A stretch of 64,000 bases of DNA from Patescibacteria group bacterium. GTDB lineage: Bacteria > Patescibacteriota > Minisyncoccia > Portnoybacterales > GWB1-42-6. Below are positions 30,653-40,604 of this stretch, piece by piece. The stretch spans positions 210,183 to 274,182 of the forward strand of contig JAKLIA010000002.1 in assembly GCA_022709865.1 (NCBI GenBank), in the 5' to 3' direction. Both the position numbers and the translations under genes were made by a program. A model generated the notes under the pieces. The model saw nothing but the letters and a program-made list of their open reading frames with translations, was not told the origin of the DNA and did not search any database. Positions within the stretch are counted from its first letter, which is position 1, and the number at the start of each line of letters is the position of its first letter.

Positions 30653-32296
30653 TTAGATCGCTTCTTCTATATCAACTGCCCCCATTAATTCTTCGAAAGA
30701 AATAAAGCCTCGCAAAGTTTTAATTATCCCGTCCTGCTTCATAGTTATCATCCCTTGGCGCTCAGCTTCTTCCACTATTTTCCCCTCTGTCGCCCCTTCA
30801 ACCACGATCCTTTCCAATTGCGGCGTCATGGCTAAAGCTTCAAAAATAGCAATGCGCCCCTTGGTGCCTTTTTGCGCGCAGAACTTACAACCGGGTGCTT
30901 GCCAGATCTTTATATTATCCATATCGATATCCTTGATCCTTTCTTTAACTTTTGCCGGAAAATTATTAACTTCGCGGAGAAGCAATTCTTTTATTTTTGG
31001 CGCCGGTTCTATGGCTTTTTTGCAATCAGAGCACAAACGCCGCACCAATCTTTGGGACATTGCCAGGACCAAAGAAGACGGAATCAAAAAGCTTTGCACG
31101 CCCATATCAATAAGCCTGGGAATCACGCCAATAGCGTTATTAGTGTGGATGGTTGAAAGCACGATATGGCCTGTTAACGCCGCGTGGGTGGCAAGCTCAG
31201 CGGTTTCCGAGTCCCGGATTTCGCCTACCATGATAATATCCGGGTCTTGGCGCAAAATAGACCGCAGACCAGAAGCAAACGTATAACCAATTTCCGGCTT
31301 GATCTGGGATTGGCTCACGCCATCAATAAAATATTCTATCGGGTCTTCCAAGGAAACAACGTTAACTTCTTCTTGGTTCAAAGTTTTTAAAATCGCATAA
31401 AGAGTGGTTGTTTTGCCGGAACCCGTGGGGCCGGAAAGCAGGATCATGCCAAAGGGCTTAGCCATCGCCTCTTCAACCACCTGCCGATTGCCGCCTTCCA
31501 ATCCCAATGACTCAAAGCTTTTTACTCCTTGGCTGGAGTCAAGCAACCGCAAAACCACCTTCTCGCCAAAAGAAGTGGGGAAAGTAGAAACACGAAAATC
31601 AATTTTCTGATTATCGATGACCGAATGGAACCGGCCGTCTTGCGGCACGCGAGTTTCGTCGATCTTCAAAGAAGAAAGTATTTTTATTCTAGAAGCTACT
31701 GCCGGCTGGATCGCCCGAGGCAACAACAAGCTTGTGTATAAGACTCCGTCCACCCGAAAGCGGATCTTCAACCGGTCCTCGCCCGGTTCAATATGAATAT
31801 CGCTAGCTCGGCCTTCATTAGCATGGCGCAAAATTACCGCCACTATCTTAGTGATCGGCGCCTCGGCCATTACCCGCTCTAACGCCGCCTCAGCTTTGGA
31901 TTTTTTATCTTTGTTTTCCGGCTCGTCCTTAACAGAAAGTTCTTTTTCCAATTCCGACAAAGCCGTATCAACTTCTTCTTTTAGAGTGCGATATTGCTTA
32001 AGGACGTTCTTAAAATCAGTATCCGTAATTAAAAAAATGCTGGGGGTGAAATGCCTATTTTGAGCAATAAAACTGACTGCTTCTTGGGACTTTAAATCAT
32101 CGGGATTGAGCATCCCGATTTCCAAAACCTTCCCCTTCCTTTCCATTGGCACTAATTGATAAAAAGCGGCCGCTTCTTCGGTCACTTCTCTTAAAACTTG
32201 CGGCGAAATCAATTTTCCCGCCAGATCCGCCAACGGAACGCCCAATTTTTTAGCGCGCTCTTGGGCTAATTTTATTTCATCGGAAACGTTAGGCAC
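30653..32296 (-). CDS. pilB: Type IV pilus assembly ATPase PilB (GspE family)
   Basis: 547 aa; N-terminal GspII_E domain, Walker A LLSGPTGSGKTTTLYA and a tetracysteine CSDC...CKFC. Confidence 0.85.
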   Translation of the reverse strand: MPNVSDEIKLAQERAKKLGVPLADLAGKLISPQVLREVTEEAAAFYQLVPMERKGKVLEIGMLNPDDLKSQEAVSFIAQNRHFTPSIFLITDTDFKNVLKQYRTLKEEVDTALSELEKELSVKDEPENKDKKSKAEAALERVMAEAPITKIVAVILRHANEGRASDIHIEPGEDRLKIRFRVDGVLYTSLLLPRAIQPAVASRIKILSSLKIDETRVPQDGRFHSVIDNQKIDFRVSTFPTSFGEKVVLRLLDSSQGVKSFESLGLEGGNRQVVEEAMAKPFGMILLSGPTGSGKTTTLYAILKTLNQEEVNVVSLEDPIEYFIDGVSQSQIKPEIGYTFASGLRSILRQDPDIIMVGEIRDSETAELATHAALTGHIVLSTIHTNNAIGVIPRLIDMGVQSFLIPSSLVLAMSQRLVRRLCSDCKKAIEPAPKIKELLLREVNNFPAKVKERIKDIDMDNIKIWQAPGCKFCAQKGTKGRIAIFEALAMTPQLERIVVEGATEGKIVEEAERQGMITMKQDGIIKTLRGFISFEELMGAVDIEEAI

Positions 32297-32304
32297 AAAA
32301 AAAG

Positions 32305-32360
32305 AATTATGAATTACGAATTATGAATTACAGCCTTAATCCATAGTTCATAATTCATTC
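32305..32360. promoter_or_regulatory. Tandem and inverted repeats in the pilB upstream region (candidate operator/promoter)
   Basis: gaattatgaattac repeated twice in tandem (32305-32332), with its inverted copy ttcataattcattc at 32347-32360, just upstream of the pilB start. Confidence 0.4.
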
Positions 32361-32393
32361 TTCACGATTCATTCTTTATAGTTTTTTGGTCCC

Positions 32394-32756
32394 CTAGAAG
32401 GCCTCGAAGGGATTAACCCGGCCCTTTTCCCCTATCGCTATCGGCAATTTATCGCTAGCAACCAAAGATTGGAACTTTTTATCAGAGAAGATCACGCTGC
32501 CCAAAGAAATAGTTTTTAGCGATTCCAGCATTTTGTTGGTTGAATCGATCTGCTGCTGCTCTGCCAAAGAAAGAGTATTTTCATTTGTTGAGGAAACGCC
32601 TGTTGTCAGCTGCCCTCCGCTGCCAAAGCCAAAATAAAGCACCGCGGCAGCAGCTAAAGCCACAAAACCCAAAAGATAAAGCATCTTCCGGCTTTTTTGC
32701 CTTTCCGGCGTATCAATAATAATATTTTTTCCTGCGTCCCCGGGAATAATTGCCAT
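32394..32756 (-). CDS. Hypothetical pilus assembly protein (PilP-like position)
   Basis: 120 aa with an N-terminal TM segment; follows the pilO-like gene. Confidence 0.35.
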   Translation of the reverse strand: MAIIPGDAGKNIIIDTPERQKSRKMLYLLGFVALAAAAVLYFGFGSGGQLTTGVSSTNENTLSLAEQQQIDSTNKMLESLKTISLGSVIFSDKKFQSLVASDKLPIAIGEKGRVNPFEAF

Positions 32757-32764
32757 AATTTTTA

Positions 32765-33304
32765 TTATCTATAATAAGCGTTCAAAGAGATCTTAAAGTT
32801 TTGCGCAATATAACCTCCTACTTCTTGTTCCCCGAAATTAATCGCAGTTACGTCCATAATCCTTAAGTTCTCTTCAATTGATTTTAAAAATGAGATTAAA
32901 GATCCTTGACTACCGCTCAAGCTTATATCGACGATCAAAGTTTTGGCTCCTGTCGCAACTGCTTGTTTATTTTTTTTGTCATCAGGAGAACTAAAGGCCA
33001 CATCGCCAAAAACCAAACCGCTCCGGGAAGATAGGTCTTCCAATTGAACTAAGAGCCCCGGCAAGTCTTCCCCCTGGGTGATAGCTTGAGCCACTTTTTC
33101 CGCCTCGCTCGATAAGTTCTCGTATTTTATTTCCAATTCCGATAATTTCTTGCTTAACTTTTGAGTGCTGGCTAATTTTTCCCGCCAATCAGCCGCATCC
33201 TGCCGCAACAAAGAGACCTCGTTAAAGGCTGGCAAAAAATATTGCCAAACAACAAATACAATTATGGCTACAAAAACGATTAAAAGGATGGCTTGCCTGT
33301 TCAT
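32765..33304 (-). CDS. pilO: PilO-like type IV pilus assembly protein
   Basis: 179 aa with an N-terminal TM helix and coiled coil; position in the pilMNO order. Confidence 0.55.
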   Translation of the reverse strand: MNRQAILLIVFVAIIVFVVWQYFLPAFNEVSLLRQDAADWREKLASTQKLSKKLSELEIKYENLSSEAEKVAQAITQGEDLPGLLVQLEDLSSRSGLVFGDVAFSSPDDKKNKQAVATGAKTLIVDISLSGSQGSLISFLKSIEENLRIMDVTAINFGEQEVGGYIAQNFKISLNAYYR

Positions 33305-33316
33305 AATATATAAGTT

Positions 33317-33955
33317 TTATTTTTGCAAAATCCTCGGATCAAAATTAAAAGCCACCAAAAAAGTGACTCCGCCGGTTTTATCCAAAGAAATACTGCTTAC
33401 TCTCACATTAGAAAAGCCGTCATTTTCTAATGCCAGCAACTGCCTAGCCAGCGTGGCATAGTCAGAAGAGAACCCCCGCAGAGAAATCTCGCTATTTTTT
33501 ACGGATAGGTCAAAAGTTTCCCACTGAACGCGAGGCAAAGTTGTGGCCGCCAACCGGTCAAAAACTACCGAAGAATAAATATGGTTTTTTAAAAGCGCTT
33601 GCATCAAGATCGCGCCTTTATCAAAATCAACTATTTTCTGCGCCAAAACTTTGTCTTCGGCGCTAAAAACTTCTGACTGCTGTTTCTTTAGGTCGCTAAT
33701 TTGATTATTAAGAGACTTCGCATAAAAATACAGCCCGCCCCACAACAAAAGGACCAGCACCAAAGCGACTCCGCTTATTACCACTCCCAATCTTAAAAGA
33801 GTTTCTTTGGCCCGGGAAAAAACGACCGAACCGCCACCGCTAAAAGAAAACTTATTTTTTAAGTTCTTAAAAAAATCCATTACGCTAACCGGCCTTTTCC
33901 CCGGCTCGGAAGATAGAATGTTGTTCTTTTTATAATCTTTAGGAAATAGATCCAC
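33317..33955 (-). CDS. pilN: PilN-like type IV pilus assembly protein
   Basis: 212 aa, single TM, located after pilM. Confidence 0.55.
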   Translation of the reverse strand: MDLFPKDYKKNNILSSEPGKRPVSVMDFFKNLKNKFSFSGGGSVVFSRAKETLLRLGVVISGVALVLVLLLWGGLYFYAKSLNNQISDLKKQQSEVFSAEDKVLAQKIVDFDKGAILMQALLKNHIYSSVVFDRLAATTLPRVQWETFDLSVKNSEISLRGFSSDYATLARQLLALENDGFSNVRVSSISLDKTGGVTFLVAFNFDPRILQK

Positions 33956-34049
33956 AAGAGAAGAATTATAAATTGTTATTTACGAGTTGCCCGGCAGCTC
34001 ATAAATCCCAATCCATTATTCATGCTTATTATTTGCCTTTTATTTTTTA

Positions 34050-35033
34050 TTAATCTTCGGTTCTCATGGCCAAGCCCGTAGCAATAGAAAATTGCGGCCC
34101 CAGCTCTTTCAAAAAAACAGCCACTTTCTGGTCATATCCTACTCTAGCAAAAGGATCGCCTACTTTTACCGGCATTTTCAATTTAGAGCTTAAAAAATCT
34201 ACCAGTTCTTTTTCGTTGGCTCGCCCGCCAGCCAATAAACACTGCCCTATTTTTTTATTATAACGCATCTGGAAAATGTTAACAATCCTATCTATTTCCA
34301 TTAAGATAATTTCTTTGTTTGTAGACTCTAAATTATGGCTCAATTTGATAAATCCTTGGTCCAGAACAATAATATCGGTTCCTTTGCGGCCAAGATCTAT
34401 CACCATAAAAGTATTTTTATCATTGCCGATCAACGAACGCGCTAAACTGAATGATTCTTGTTCCAGCGCGTCCACCTTTAATCCCGCCTGGCTCACTAGG
34501 TTAGTGACCCTGTTTATCACTTCTTTGGGCACAGCCAAAAGCAATATTTGAACAGAGGGGCCGCTGGCTGGAGAACCTGCCTCGGCTGAAACACCGCCTT
34601 GAATAGAATCGGCTGCGCTCTTACTAGCGCCGCCATCGCTTCCGGAAATTACCGTCCAATCAAGCACTACCTCTTCTAAAGGAAGGGGCACATATTTTTG
34701 CGCTTCAAAAGAAACCGCTGCCGCCAATTCATTAGCCGGCATTACCGGCAAAGAGATAACTGTAGAAAAGGTTTTCTCTACCGGCAAAGAAACTACTGCG
34801 TGCCGGCCGTCCAGCTTAGCCTCCACGATCAAGGCCCTCAAAAGCTTTATAATTTCATCATCCTTTAAATCGATCACGCTAAAAACCGCCCCGGTTTTTA
34901 CTTGTGCCAAAGCATAGTTAACCAAATAAGCCCGCTCGCCTTTCCGTCCCAGCTCGACTATTTTTATAGACGCGCTGCCCAAATCAATTCCCAGCTGCGT
35001 GCTTGATTTTGCTCCAAAAAGCCAATCTAGCAT
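34050..35033 (-). CDS. pilM: Type IV pilus assembly protein PilM (actin-like ATPase fold)
   Basis: LGIDLGSASIKIVEL (N-terminal actin-like fold). The ORF extends to 35078; the start at MLDWLF is preferred. Confidence 0.75.
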   Translation of the reverse strand: MLDWLFGAKSSTQLGIDLGSASIKIVELGRKGERAYLVNYALAQVKTGAVFSVIDLKDDEIIKLLRALIVEAKLDGRHAVVSLPVEKTFSTVISLPVMPANELAAAVSFEAQKYVPLPLEEVVLDWTVISGSDGGASKSAADSIQGGVSAEAGSPASGPSVQILLLAVPKEVINRVTNLVSQAGLKVDALEQESFSLARSLIGNDKNTFMVIDLGRKGTDIIVLDQGFIKLSHNLESTNKEIILMEIDRIVNIFQMRYNKKIGQCLLAGGRANEKELVDFLSSKLKMPVKVGDPFARVGYDQKVAVFLKELGPQFSIATGLAMRTED

Positions 35034-35125
35034 ATGAATTAAAGTTCTATCTATATTCAAATAATAACACAAAAACAACTATTTTATTATCCACAGACAA
35101 AGTAGCCGGTTTAAATATACCCTTA

Positions 35126-36067
35126 TTATTTTTCTCTTATCGGCTTTAGTTCTTGGTCGCCGTAATGTTTAAGGTAATTCTTCCAAATACCCTCGCATTG
35201 CAAGGACAGGCGGCACTTCAAGCAACGCTCAGGTTTGGCCCGTCCAACCTGAGGCCGAGAGCTTTCTACGTCCAAATTGATAAAATCCGGAGCCAAGTGC
35301 TCGGTTCTAAATTTTTTTACCTCCTGCAACTCGCTTATCTGGTCCAGATAATCAACAAAATAGCAAAGCGGCACATAACGGATATGCCAATGAGGAGCTT
35401 TTCCCTTTTGGCCAATAGCCAAGCACTGGCGGATAAACGGCGCAGCTACCGAGATTTTTGGAACAAACTCATCAAAATTATCGTAAGCAGCGCCTTCGTT
35501 GCAATCAATAAAAATAAACTCTGAATTGCGAATGCCAAGTCCCCAGATCAATTTCCCTATTTTTGGCAGGCTTTTATAATTATATTTAACAATGGTGGTA
35601 TTGGAGCCAATAGCTTCCAACCCCAAAAGATTTTTCATATTGGCCAGCCCCGCCATTAACTGATCAAAGCTTCCCTCAGACTGTGTTAAAAAATCATGGA
35701 CTTTAGCGTTATGGCCATGGACAGAAAAGACAATATTGGTCAAACCAGCCGCCACAACTTTTTTAGCGTAATCAAGGTAAGAGAGCATCCGCCCATTAGT
35801 CGCTATCATTATAGTTTTAAATCCTAACTTTTTTGCCTCTTTTAACAGATCGATAAAATCTGGCCGAATGGTCATCTCTCCGCCGATAAACTCCAAATAA
35901 GTCGTCCCCCGCTTTTTGGCACCAGCCATCTCATCTAAGATCTGCTTGGTTGTCTTGTTCAATAATTCGCGCTTATTGGAATCGATGCAAAACTGGCAAT
36001 TATTATTGCAAGCATAGCCAACAATTATAACGGTTTTTTTAATTTTTATTGGCTGATCATTTTTCAT
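35126..36067 (-). CDS. Radical SAM protein, PqqE/anSME-like small paralog family (member 1)
   Basis: CNNNCQFC, GGEMTIRPDF, TNGR, the family motif HNAKVHDFLTQSEGSFDQLMAGLANMKN, and C-terminal CLKCRLSLQCEG (Cx2Cx5C). Confidence 0.75.
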   Translation of the reverse strand: MKNDQPIKIKKTVIIVGYACNNNCQFCIDSNKRELLNKTTKQILDEMAGAKKRGTTYLEFIGGEMTIRPDFIDLLKEAKKLGFKTIMIATNGRMLSYLDYAKKVVAAGLTNIVFSVHGHNAKVHDFLTQSEGSFDQLMAGLANMKNLLGLEAIGSNTTIVKYNYKSLPKIGKLIWGLGIRNSEFIFIDCNEGAAYDNFDEFVPKISVAAPFIRQCLAIGQKGKAPHWHIRYVPLCYFVDYLDQISELQEVKKFRTEHLAPDFINLDVESSRPQVGRAKPERCLKCRLSLQCEGIWKNYLKHYGDQELKPIREK

Positions 36068-36068
36068 T

Positions 36069-37295
36069 TTATTGGCTGAGCTTTATAAGTAAATTGAATA
36101 TCGGCTGGCCAAGGAAACAGGTGCTTATCGCCCCAGCAAATATCCAAACAGCAAAAGGGCAAACGCGGCAAACTCCTAACTCTTTTAAATTAACCTGGGC
36201 TGCCTTTTCTTTTATTTCATCAACCTGCTCCTGGCTTAAACCGCTGATGCTAAAATTATTTTCTCTCTCAAGCTTAAGCTGGCCTAAAGAAGAAACATCC
36301 ACCAACATCCCAGGCAATAATTCGGATATTTTGATATTCCGAACTTGGGTTCTTTTAATATAAACCTCTATCAACCACTGGAAAGACAGCAAGATAACCA
36401 TAAAAACAACTGTTATTTTAAGAGACGAATAGAATATCGGCAAAAAAGCTGCTCCTTGGGAATAAATGCCATAAATAAAAACTAAAATAAAAATAGCCAA
36501 AAGAGCGCGGAAAATCGGCTTCCGGCTAAAAAACTTGCTCCAACTTTTATAAAAAATGATCAAACCGGCAAACAAAAAAGCTTGCAGCAACATCGCATCA
36601 ATATTTAAATATTTGCTGGCCGGCGGCTGCAAAAAAACAAAAAATAAAATTATCGCTAAAGGAACCATCAGCATTTTGAGGCCTTCTAGCCAAAACTTTT
36701 TATCTTTTATTTTTAACCACAAGCCGCCAAAAACTTTTTGGCTTTTTTGGCGCGCCAAAAAAATTATCCCCTGCCCAGAAGCGATCTGCTGCCAAAGACT
36801 TTTAGCAAAAAAATAAATTGCGTTAAAAAATAAAAATAATAGAAAAACCGAAAAAATATTCACCAATAGGACTAAAGACGGAAAAACCGGAAAATAGGCC
36901 GCTTCGTAGAATGTCAAAGGCAACAAAAACGCGTTAACAATAAAAAGCTTGGCATCACCCGCCGCCCAAGCGCTAAACTTCCACATCAAAAAAGCGACCA
37001 CCGCCGAAACTAAAAGGTTCAACATAGTTTCGGCGATAAAAGACAGGTTAAGAGTATAAACAACAACTGGAACGCTATCGGGCAAATGAAGAATATTATA
37101 ATGAAAAAACAAGGAAGCCGGCCGGGCAATGAACCGCCAAATAAAAAAAAGGCTGAAAATGATCAAGCCCCAAACAACACCTAAGACTATCCATTTGTTC
37201 CTGATCTTACCAGACCTTATGTCTTCAAAACTGGCTATGCCATCGATCAGGAACAAGATCGGCAAAAAAATAATACTAAGAATTATGTTGGACAT
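36069..37295 (-). CDS. A24-family CpaA/TadV-like prepilin peptidase fused to a large polytopic membrane domain
   Basis: FEDIRSGKIRNKW (Flp-type peptidase D-I-R...I-x-N motif) and AAGDAKLF (GxGD-like second Asp); 408 aa versus ~160 aa for typical CpaA. Confidence 0.55.
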   Translation of the reverse strand: MSNIILSIIFLPILFLIDGIASFEDIRSGKIRNKWIVLGVVWGLIIFSLFFIWRFIARPASLFFHYNILHLPDSVPVVVYTLNLSFIAETMLNLLVSAVVAFLMWKFSAWAAGDAKLFIVNAFLLPLTFYEAAYFPVFPSLVLLVNIFSVFLLFLFFNAIYFFAKSLWQQIASGQGIIFLARQKSQKVFGGLWLKIKDKKFWLEGLKMLMVPLAIILFFVFLQPPASKYLNIDAMLLQAFLFAGLIIFYKSWSKFFSRKPIFRALLAIFILVFIYGIYSQGAAFLPIFYSSLKITVVFMVILLSFQWLIEVYIKRTQVRNIKISELLPGMLVDVSSLGQLKLERENNFSISGLSQEQVDEIKEKAAQVNLKELGVCRVCPFAVWIFAGAISTCFLGQPIFNLLIKLSQ

Positions 37296-37328
37296 TAAAA
37301 TAGTCTAAAATTGCGCGCGCCCAAGACA

Positions 37329-37793
37329 CTAGTCGCAAAGCGGAGAGATTTGGAAGTTGCTATTGCCCCAACCCCACCAACCAGCTGCTTGGCCAAGCGC
37401 ATCCCAGACCGTCACGCCGGCATAATATTTTTCTCCAGCCACCAGACTCTCGCTCTTTATTTCATAGCGAGTTTCAGCAGATTCTATTTTGTCCGTAGAA
37501 AAAACTACATCGGAAAAAGAGTTATTGAAATAAGCCGCCCGGCTGACTTCGATCTTAAAAGATTTTTGTTCCTCTGCGCAGTTTTCCCAAGAAAAACTCA
37601 ATTTAGCTTCTTTTGAAGCCTGGCAATCCGGCTGCTGGACTTTCAAAACGCACCCTTGCTGGCCATCCTGGCCTAAGGATTGTTCAGGGCCCATAGACTG
37701 GTCAGACTTAAAGAAAAAATAATAGACCAAAAAAGCCGTGATAGAAATGACCACTAGCATAATAACAAATAATTTTAGATAAAAATTGTTCAT
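37329..37793 (-). CDS. Hypothetical secreted/membrane-anchored protein
   Basis: 154 aa with an N-terminal TM helix and a Gln/Cys-containing extracellular part; no family assignment. Confidence 0.35.
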   Translation of the reverse strand: MNNFYLKLFVIMLVVISITAFLVYYFFFKSDQSMGPEQSLGQDGQQGCVLKVQQPDCQASKEAKLSFSWENCAEEQKSFKIEVSRAAYFNNSFSDVVFSTDKIESAETRYEIKSESLVAGEKYYAGVTVWDALGQAAGWWGWGNSNFQISPLCD

Positions 37794-37830
37794 AAAAATA
37801 TTAAAAAAATTAATTTATTTATAGTTTTAA

Positions 37831-38766
37831 TTACTTAATAATTTTTAAAATAGGTTGGTAACTGTTGCCGGAAAGAACTATCTTTTTTTTATCGATCTTT
37901 TTAATGGCAGCAAAGCCTTTTTTCCCTACATGCTTTGAATACCCTTTGTGGATGCCTACGCAATGTTCTTTCAGCTGGCACCCATGGCAAGACGGGAGGA
38001 ACTCAACCTCTTTATCCGGCAAAGTTTTCCATACAAAAGGCCAGAAAGCTTGATCAATAATGCAAAGCGGAAAATGATAAAACCTTATTTCTTTAAAGCC
38101 TTCCAATAAACTGGCCGTCTGGCTGATAAAAGGCGCAACTTCTTGATAATTAATTTTTATCTGGTCAATATTTTTAATCGCTTGCGCTTCTAACTCGTGA
38201 AAAATGACAATGACCCGGTCCGCCTCCGCAAATTTTTTCTGGATCAAACTTAAAGTTTTATAAATGCCCTGATAAGTCAGTCTATTCAAAACCGTCCTGA
38301 CGCCAACAATCTGCCCAACTCTTTTATATTTTAACAGATTCTCAAAACCGTTCAAGGTCTGCTCAAAACTGCCCCGGGCTTGCGTGACAGCATCATGCGT
38401 CTGATTGTTCGCCCCACAGAAAGAAACATCTGTTTCCAAATTGTCGCTAATCGCCAAAAACTTCTTGGCAAAATCGTTATAAGCAAATCGCCGGCCATTG
38501 GTTAAAAGCTTGATCCTCTGCTCGGGAAAATTATCTTTTAAATATTGCACTATATCTAAAAATCGCGGATGGAGAGTCGGTTCGCCGCCAGTCAAATATA
38601 AAGAATTAGCCTGAAGGATTTTTTTCCTGTCTTTTTCTATCCGCTTAATAAGCGAGTCGTAATCGTAGGCAAAGCTTCCATCCCAAGCTGGCCAAGGCCG
38701 ATCGGGATTTGTGCACATCAAGCAGGAGTTATTGCAAAGGTCCCAAACACAAATATCAAAGCTCAT
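37831..38766 (-). CDS. Radical SAM protein, small paralog family (member 2)
   Basis: CNNSCLMC, LTGGEPTLHP, TNGRR, HDAVTQARGSFEQTLNGFENL, and C-terminal CHGCQLKEHCVG. Confidence 0.75.
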   Translation of the reverse strand: MSFDICVWDLCNNSCLMCTNPDRPWPAWDGSFAYDYDSLIKRIEKDRKKILQANSLYLTGGEPTLHPRFLDIVQYLKDNFPEQRIKLLTNGRRFAYNDFAKKFLAISDNLETDVSFCGANNQTHDAVTQARGSFEQTLNGFENLLKYKRVGQIVGVRTVLNRLTYQGIYKTLSLIQKKFAEADRVIVIFHELEAQAIKNIDQIKINYQEVAPFISQTASLLEGFKEIRFYHFPLCIIDQAFWPFVWKTLPDKEVEFLPSCHGCQLKEHCVGIHKGYSKHVGKKGFAAIKKIDKKKIVLSGNSYQPILKIIK

Positions 38767-38776
38767 AATAAGAGAG

Positions 38777-39652
38777 TTAAAGTTTAAACTCTTTGGCGCC
38801 GTAAAGATTCAGATAATAAGGATGAATGCCAACGCATTGGCGAGTATGCGGGCATCGCCGGCAAAGAGCTATCCTAACTTTTTGCGGGCTTTCTTCCAAG
38901 CACGGAAAAGATAAATGGCGATATTTTTTTGGAAAGACGCATGGCGGATATTCAACAAATAAGAATCTGGCTGATTGACCATATTTTTTTGCTATGGCCA
39001 CCAAAAACGGCGCCACCGCGCTCATTTTAGCCACAATTTTTTTTGAACTTTTTATTTCCTCATTAAAAGGCAAGATGTGCCCAATATTGATCTCCTTGGC
39101 CCCCAACTTAATATAAAAATCAGCCATCGCCAATAATTGCTTGTAATTTTTTGCGGTGACCATCAAATTTATCACCACACTCACCGCTTTGTTTGGCAAA
39201 GCAAGAACATTTTTGATTCCTCGCACTGTTTGGTTAAAGCTTCCTTGGCTTTGCGTGTGCCAATCATGGAGCTTAGCGTTGTGCCCCGCGACCGTAATAA
39301 CGAACTGATTTAATCCGTTCTCTACTAATTTAACCGCTAGATTGCCGTAAGCTAGCATCCGGCCGTTAGTCGTTATCCCAATTTGCTTAAAGCCGTTCTC
39401 TTTCGCCCAAGAAACCAACTCCGGCAGATCTTTTCTTAGGGTTGGTTCCTGCCCCATAATATTAATAAAATCATATTTCTCCCTGATAATTTTTATTTCT
39501 TTTTTTAAGCTGGCTGTTTCTTTATTAAAAAACTTCTGGTCTTTTTCAAAACAAAAAATGCAATTGTTATTGCATAGACACCCGGCATAAACAAAAGGGC
39601 TTGTTCCCACTTCTCCTTGATAATAATCTCTTTTAACGCTTATTTTAGGCAT
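38777..39652 (-). CDS. Radical SAM protein, small paralog family (member 3)
   Basis: CNNNCIFC, TNGRM, HNAKLHDWHTQSQGSFNQTVRGIKNV, and C-terminal CRRCPHTRQCVG. Confidence 0.75.
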   Translation of the reverse strand: MPKISVKRDYYQGEVGTSPFVYAGCLCNNNCIFCFEKDQKFFNKETASLKKEIKIIREKYDFINIMGQEPTLRKDLPELVSWAKENGFKQIGITTNGRMLAYGNLAVKLVENGLNQFVITVAGHNAKLHDWHTQSQGSFNQTVRGIKNVLALPNKAVSVVINLMVTAKNYKQLLAMADFYIKLGAKEINIGHILPFNEEIKSSKKIVAKMSAVAPFLVAIAKKYGQSARFLFVEYPPCVFPKKYRHLSFPCLEESPQKVRIALCRRCPHTRQCVGIHPYYLNLYGAKEFKL

Positions 39653-40604
39653 GAACTTCTGGCTTAAAAAGATTTAGATCAATGTATGGTTTAGTAATTC
39701 CCTGACACCTATTAAATAATGAGCACTTTTTGCAAGTCGGCATTTTTTTTAATATCCGATAAGAAGCAACTGTTCCTTTTCCGCATTTACTTATATCAAT
39801 TTTATCTTTACTAAAATGTTTGTAGCCGCCACTAGCACCACTGTCAAAAAATGACAGATTTTTAGCGCCAACAGCCAAACACAACGGCAAATCGTAAAAA
39901 AATAACCGATCATTAAAATCACCGATCATCTCTGCTTCGCGCTTAAAAAAAGACCTTATTTTTTCAATATTCGGAACATTTTTTAAAGTCTTCTGGCTAT
40001 AGATTCCTTTGCAGCTTGGCAAACAAACAAGCGAAGCGTCAATCGGAAGGTCAAGTGTCAATAAAAACCTAAATAACTCTGATAAAAAATCCTCGTTTTG
40101 TTTTAAAAATAGCGTATGTATTTTTATTCTTTTAAATCCAAGCTTCTTTAAATTATCCAAGGCCTTAATTATTTTTTTAAAACTTCCTTTTTCCCCGGTA
40201 ATCGTATCGTGGATTTGCGCTTTATATCCGTAAAGTGGCACCTGAATAGATTCCACATTCCCCGCTAGCAAAACTTTTTTTGTAAAAACAATATCACTAA
40301 AAGCCAAGCAATTGCTCTGAATAAAAACCTTCGCTTGGGTTATTTTTTTTATTTCTTTTAAAAAATCTGCTAAATTAGAATACTCACCCGGGTCATTGCC
40401 AGAGAGAATAATTAAATCTGGTTCGCCGTTTTTATGGCAAAAAGAATCTAAATCAGAGAGTTGTTCTCTCGCTATTAAATCGGCTTCATTTTTATCAATA
40501 AACTTATGGACCTGACAAAAAACGCATCTCTGGCTACAACCGATGTTATGCAAATTTAAAACAATGGTTTTTAATCCCTTTTTTCTTACTATTTTATTTT
40601 TCAT
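39645..40604 (-). CDS. Radical SAM protein, small paralog family (member 4, divergent)
   Basis: CSQRCVFC, HDTITGEKGSFKKIIKALDNLKK, and C-terminal CKKCSLFNRCQG. Confidence 0.7.
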   Translation of the reverse strand: MKNKIVRKKGLKTIVLNLHNIGCSQRCVFCQVHKFIDKNEADLIAREQLSDLDSFCHKNGEPDLIILSGNDPGEYSNLADFLKEIKKITQAKVFIQSNCLAFSDIVFTKKVLLAGNVESIQVPLYGYKAQIHDTITGEKGSFKKIIKALDNLKKLGFKRIKIHTLFLKQNEDFLSELFRFLLTLDLPIDASLVCLPSCKGIYSQKTLKNVPNIEKIRSFFKREAEMIGDFNDRLFFYDLPLCLAVGAKNLSFFDSGASGGYKHFSKDKIDISKCGKGTVASYRILKKMPTCKKCSLFNRCQGITKPYIDLNLFKPEVHA

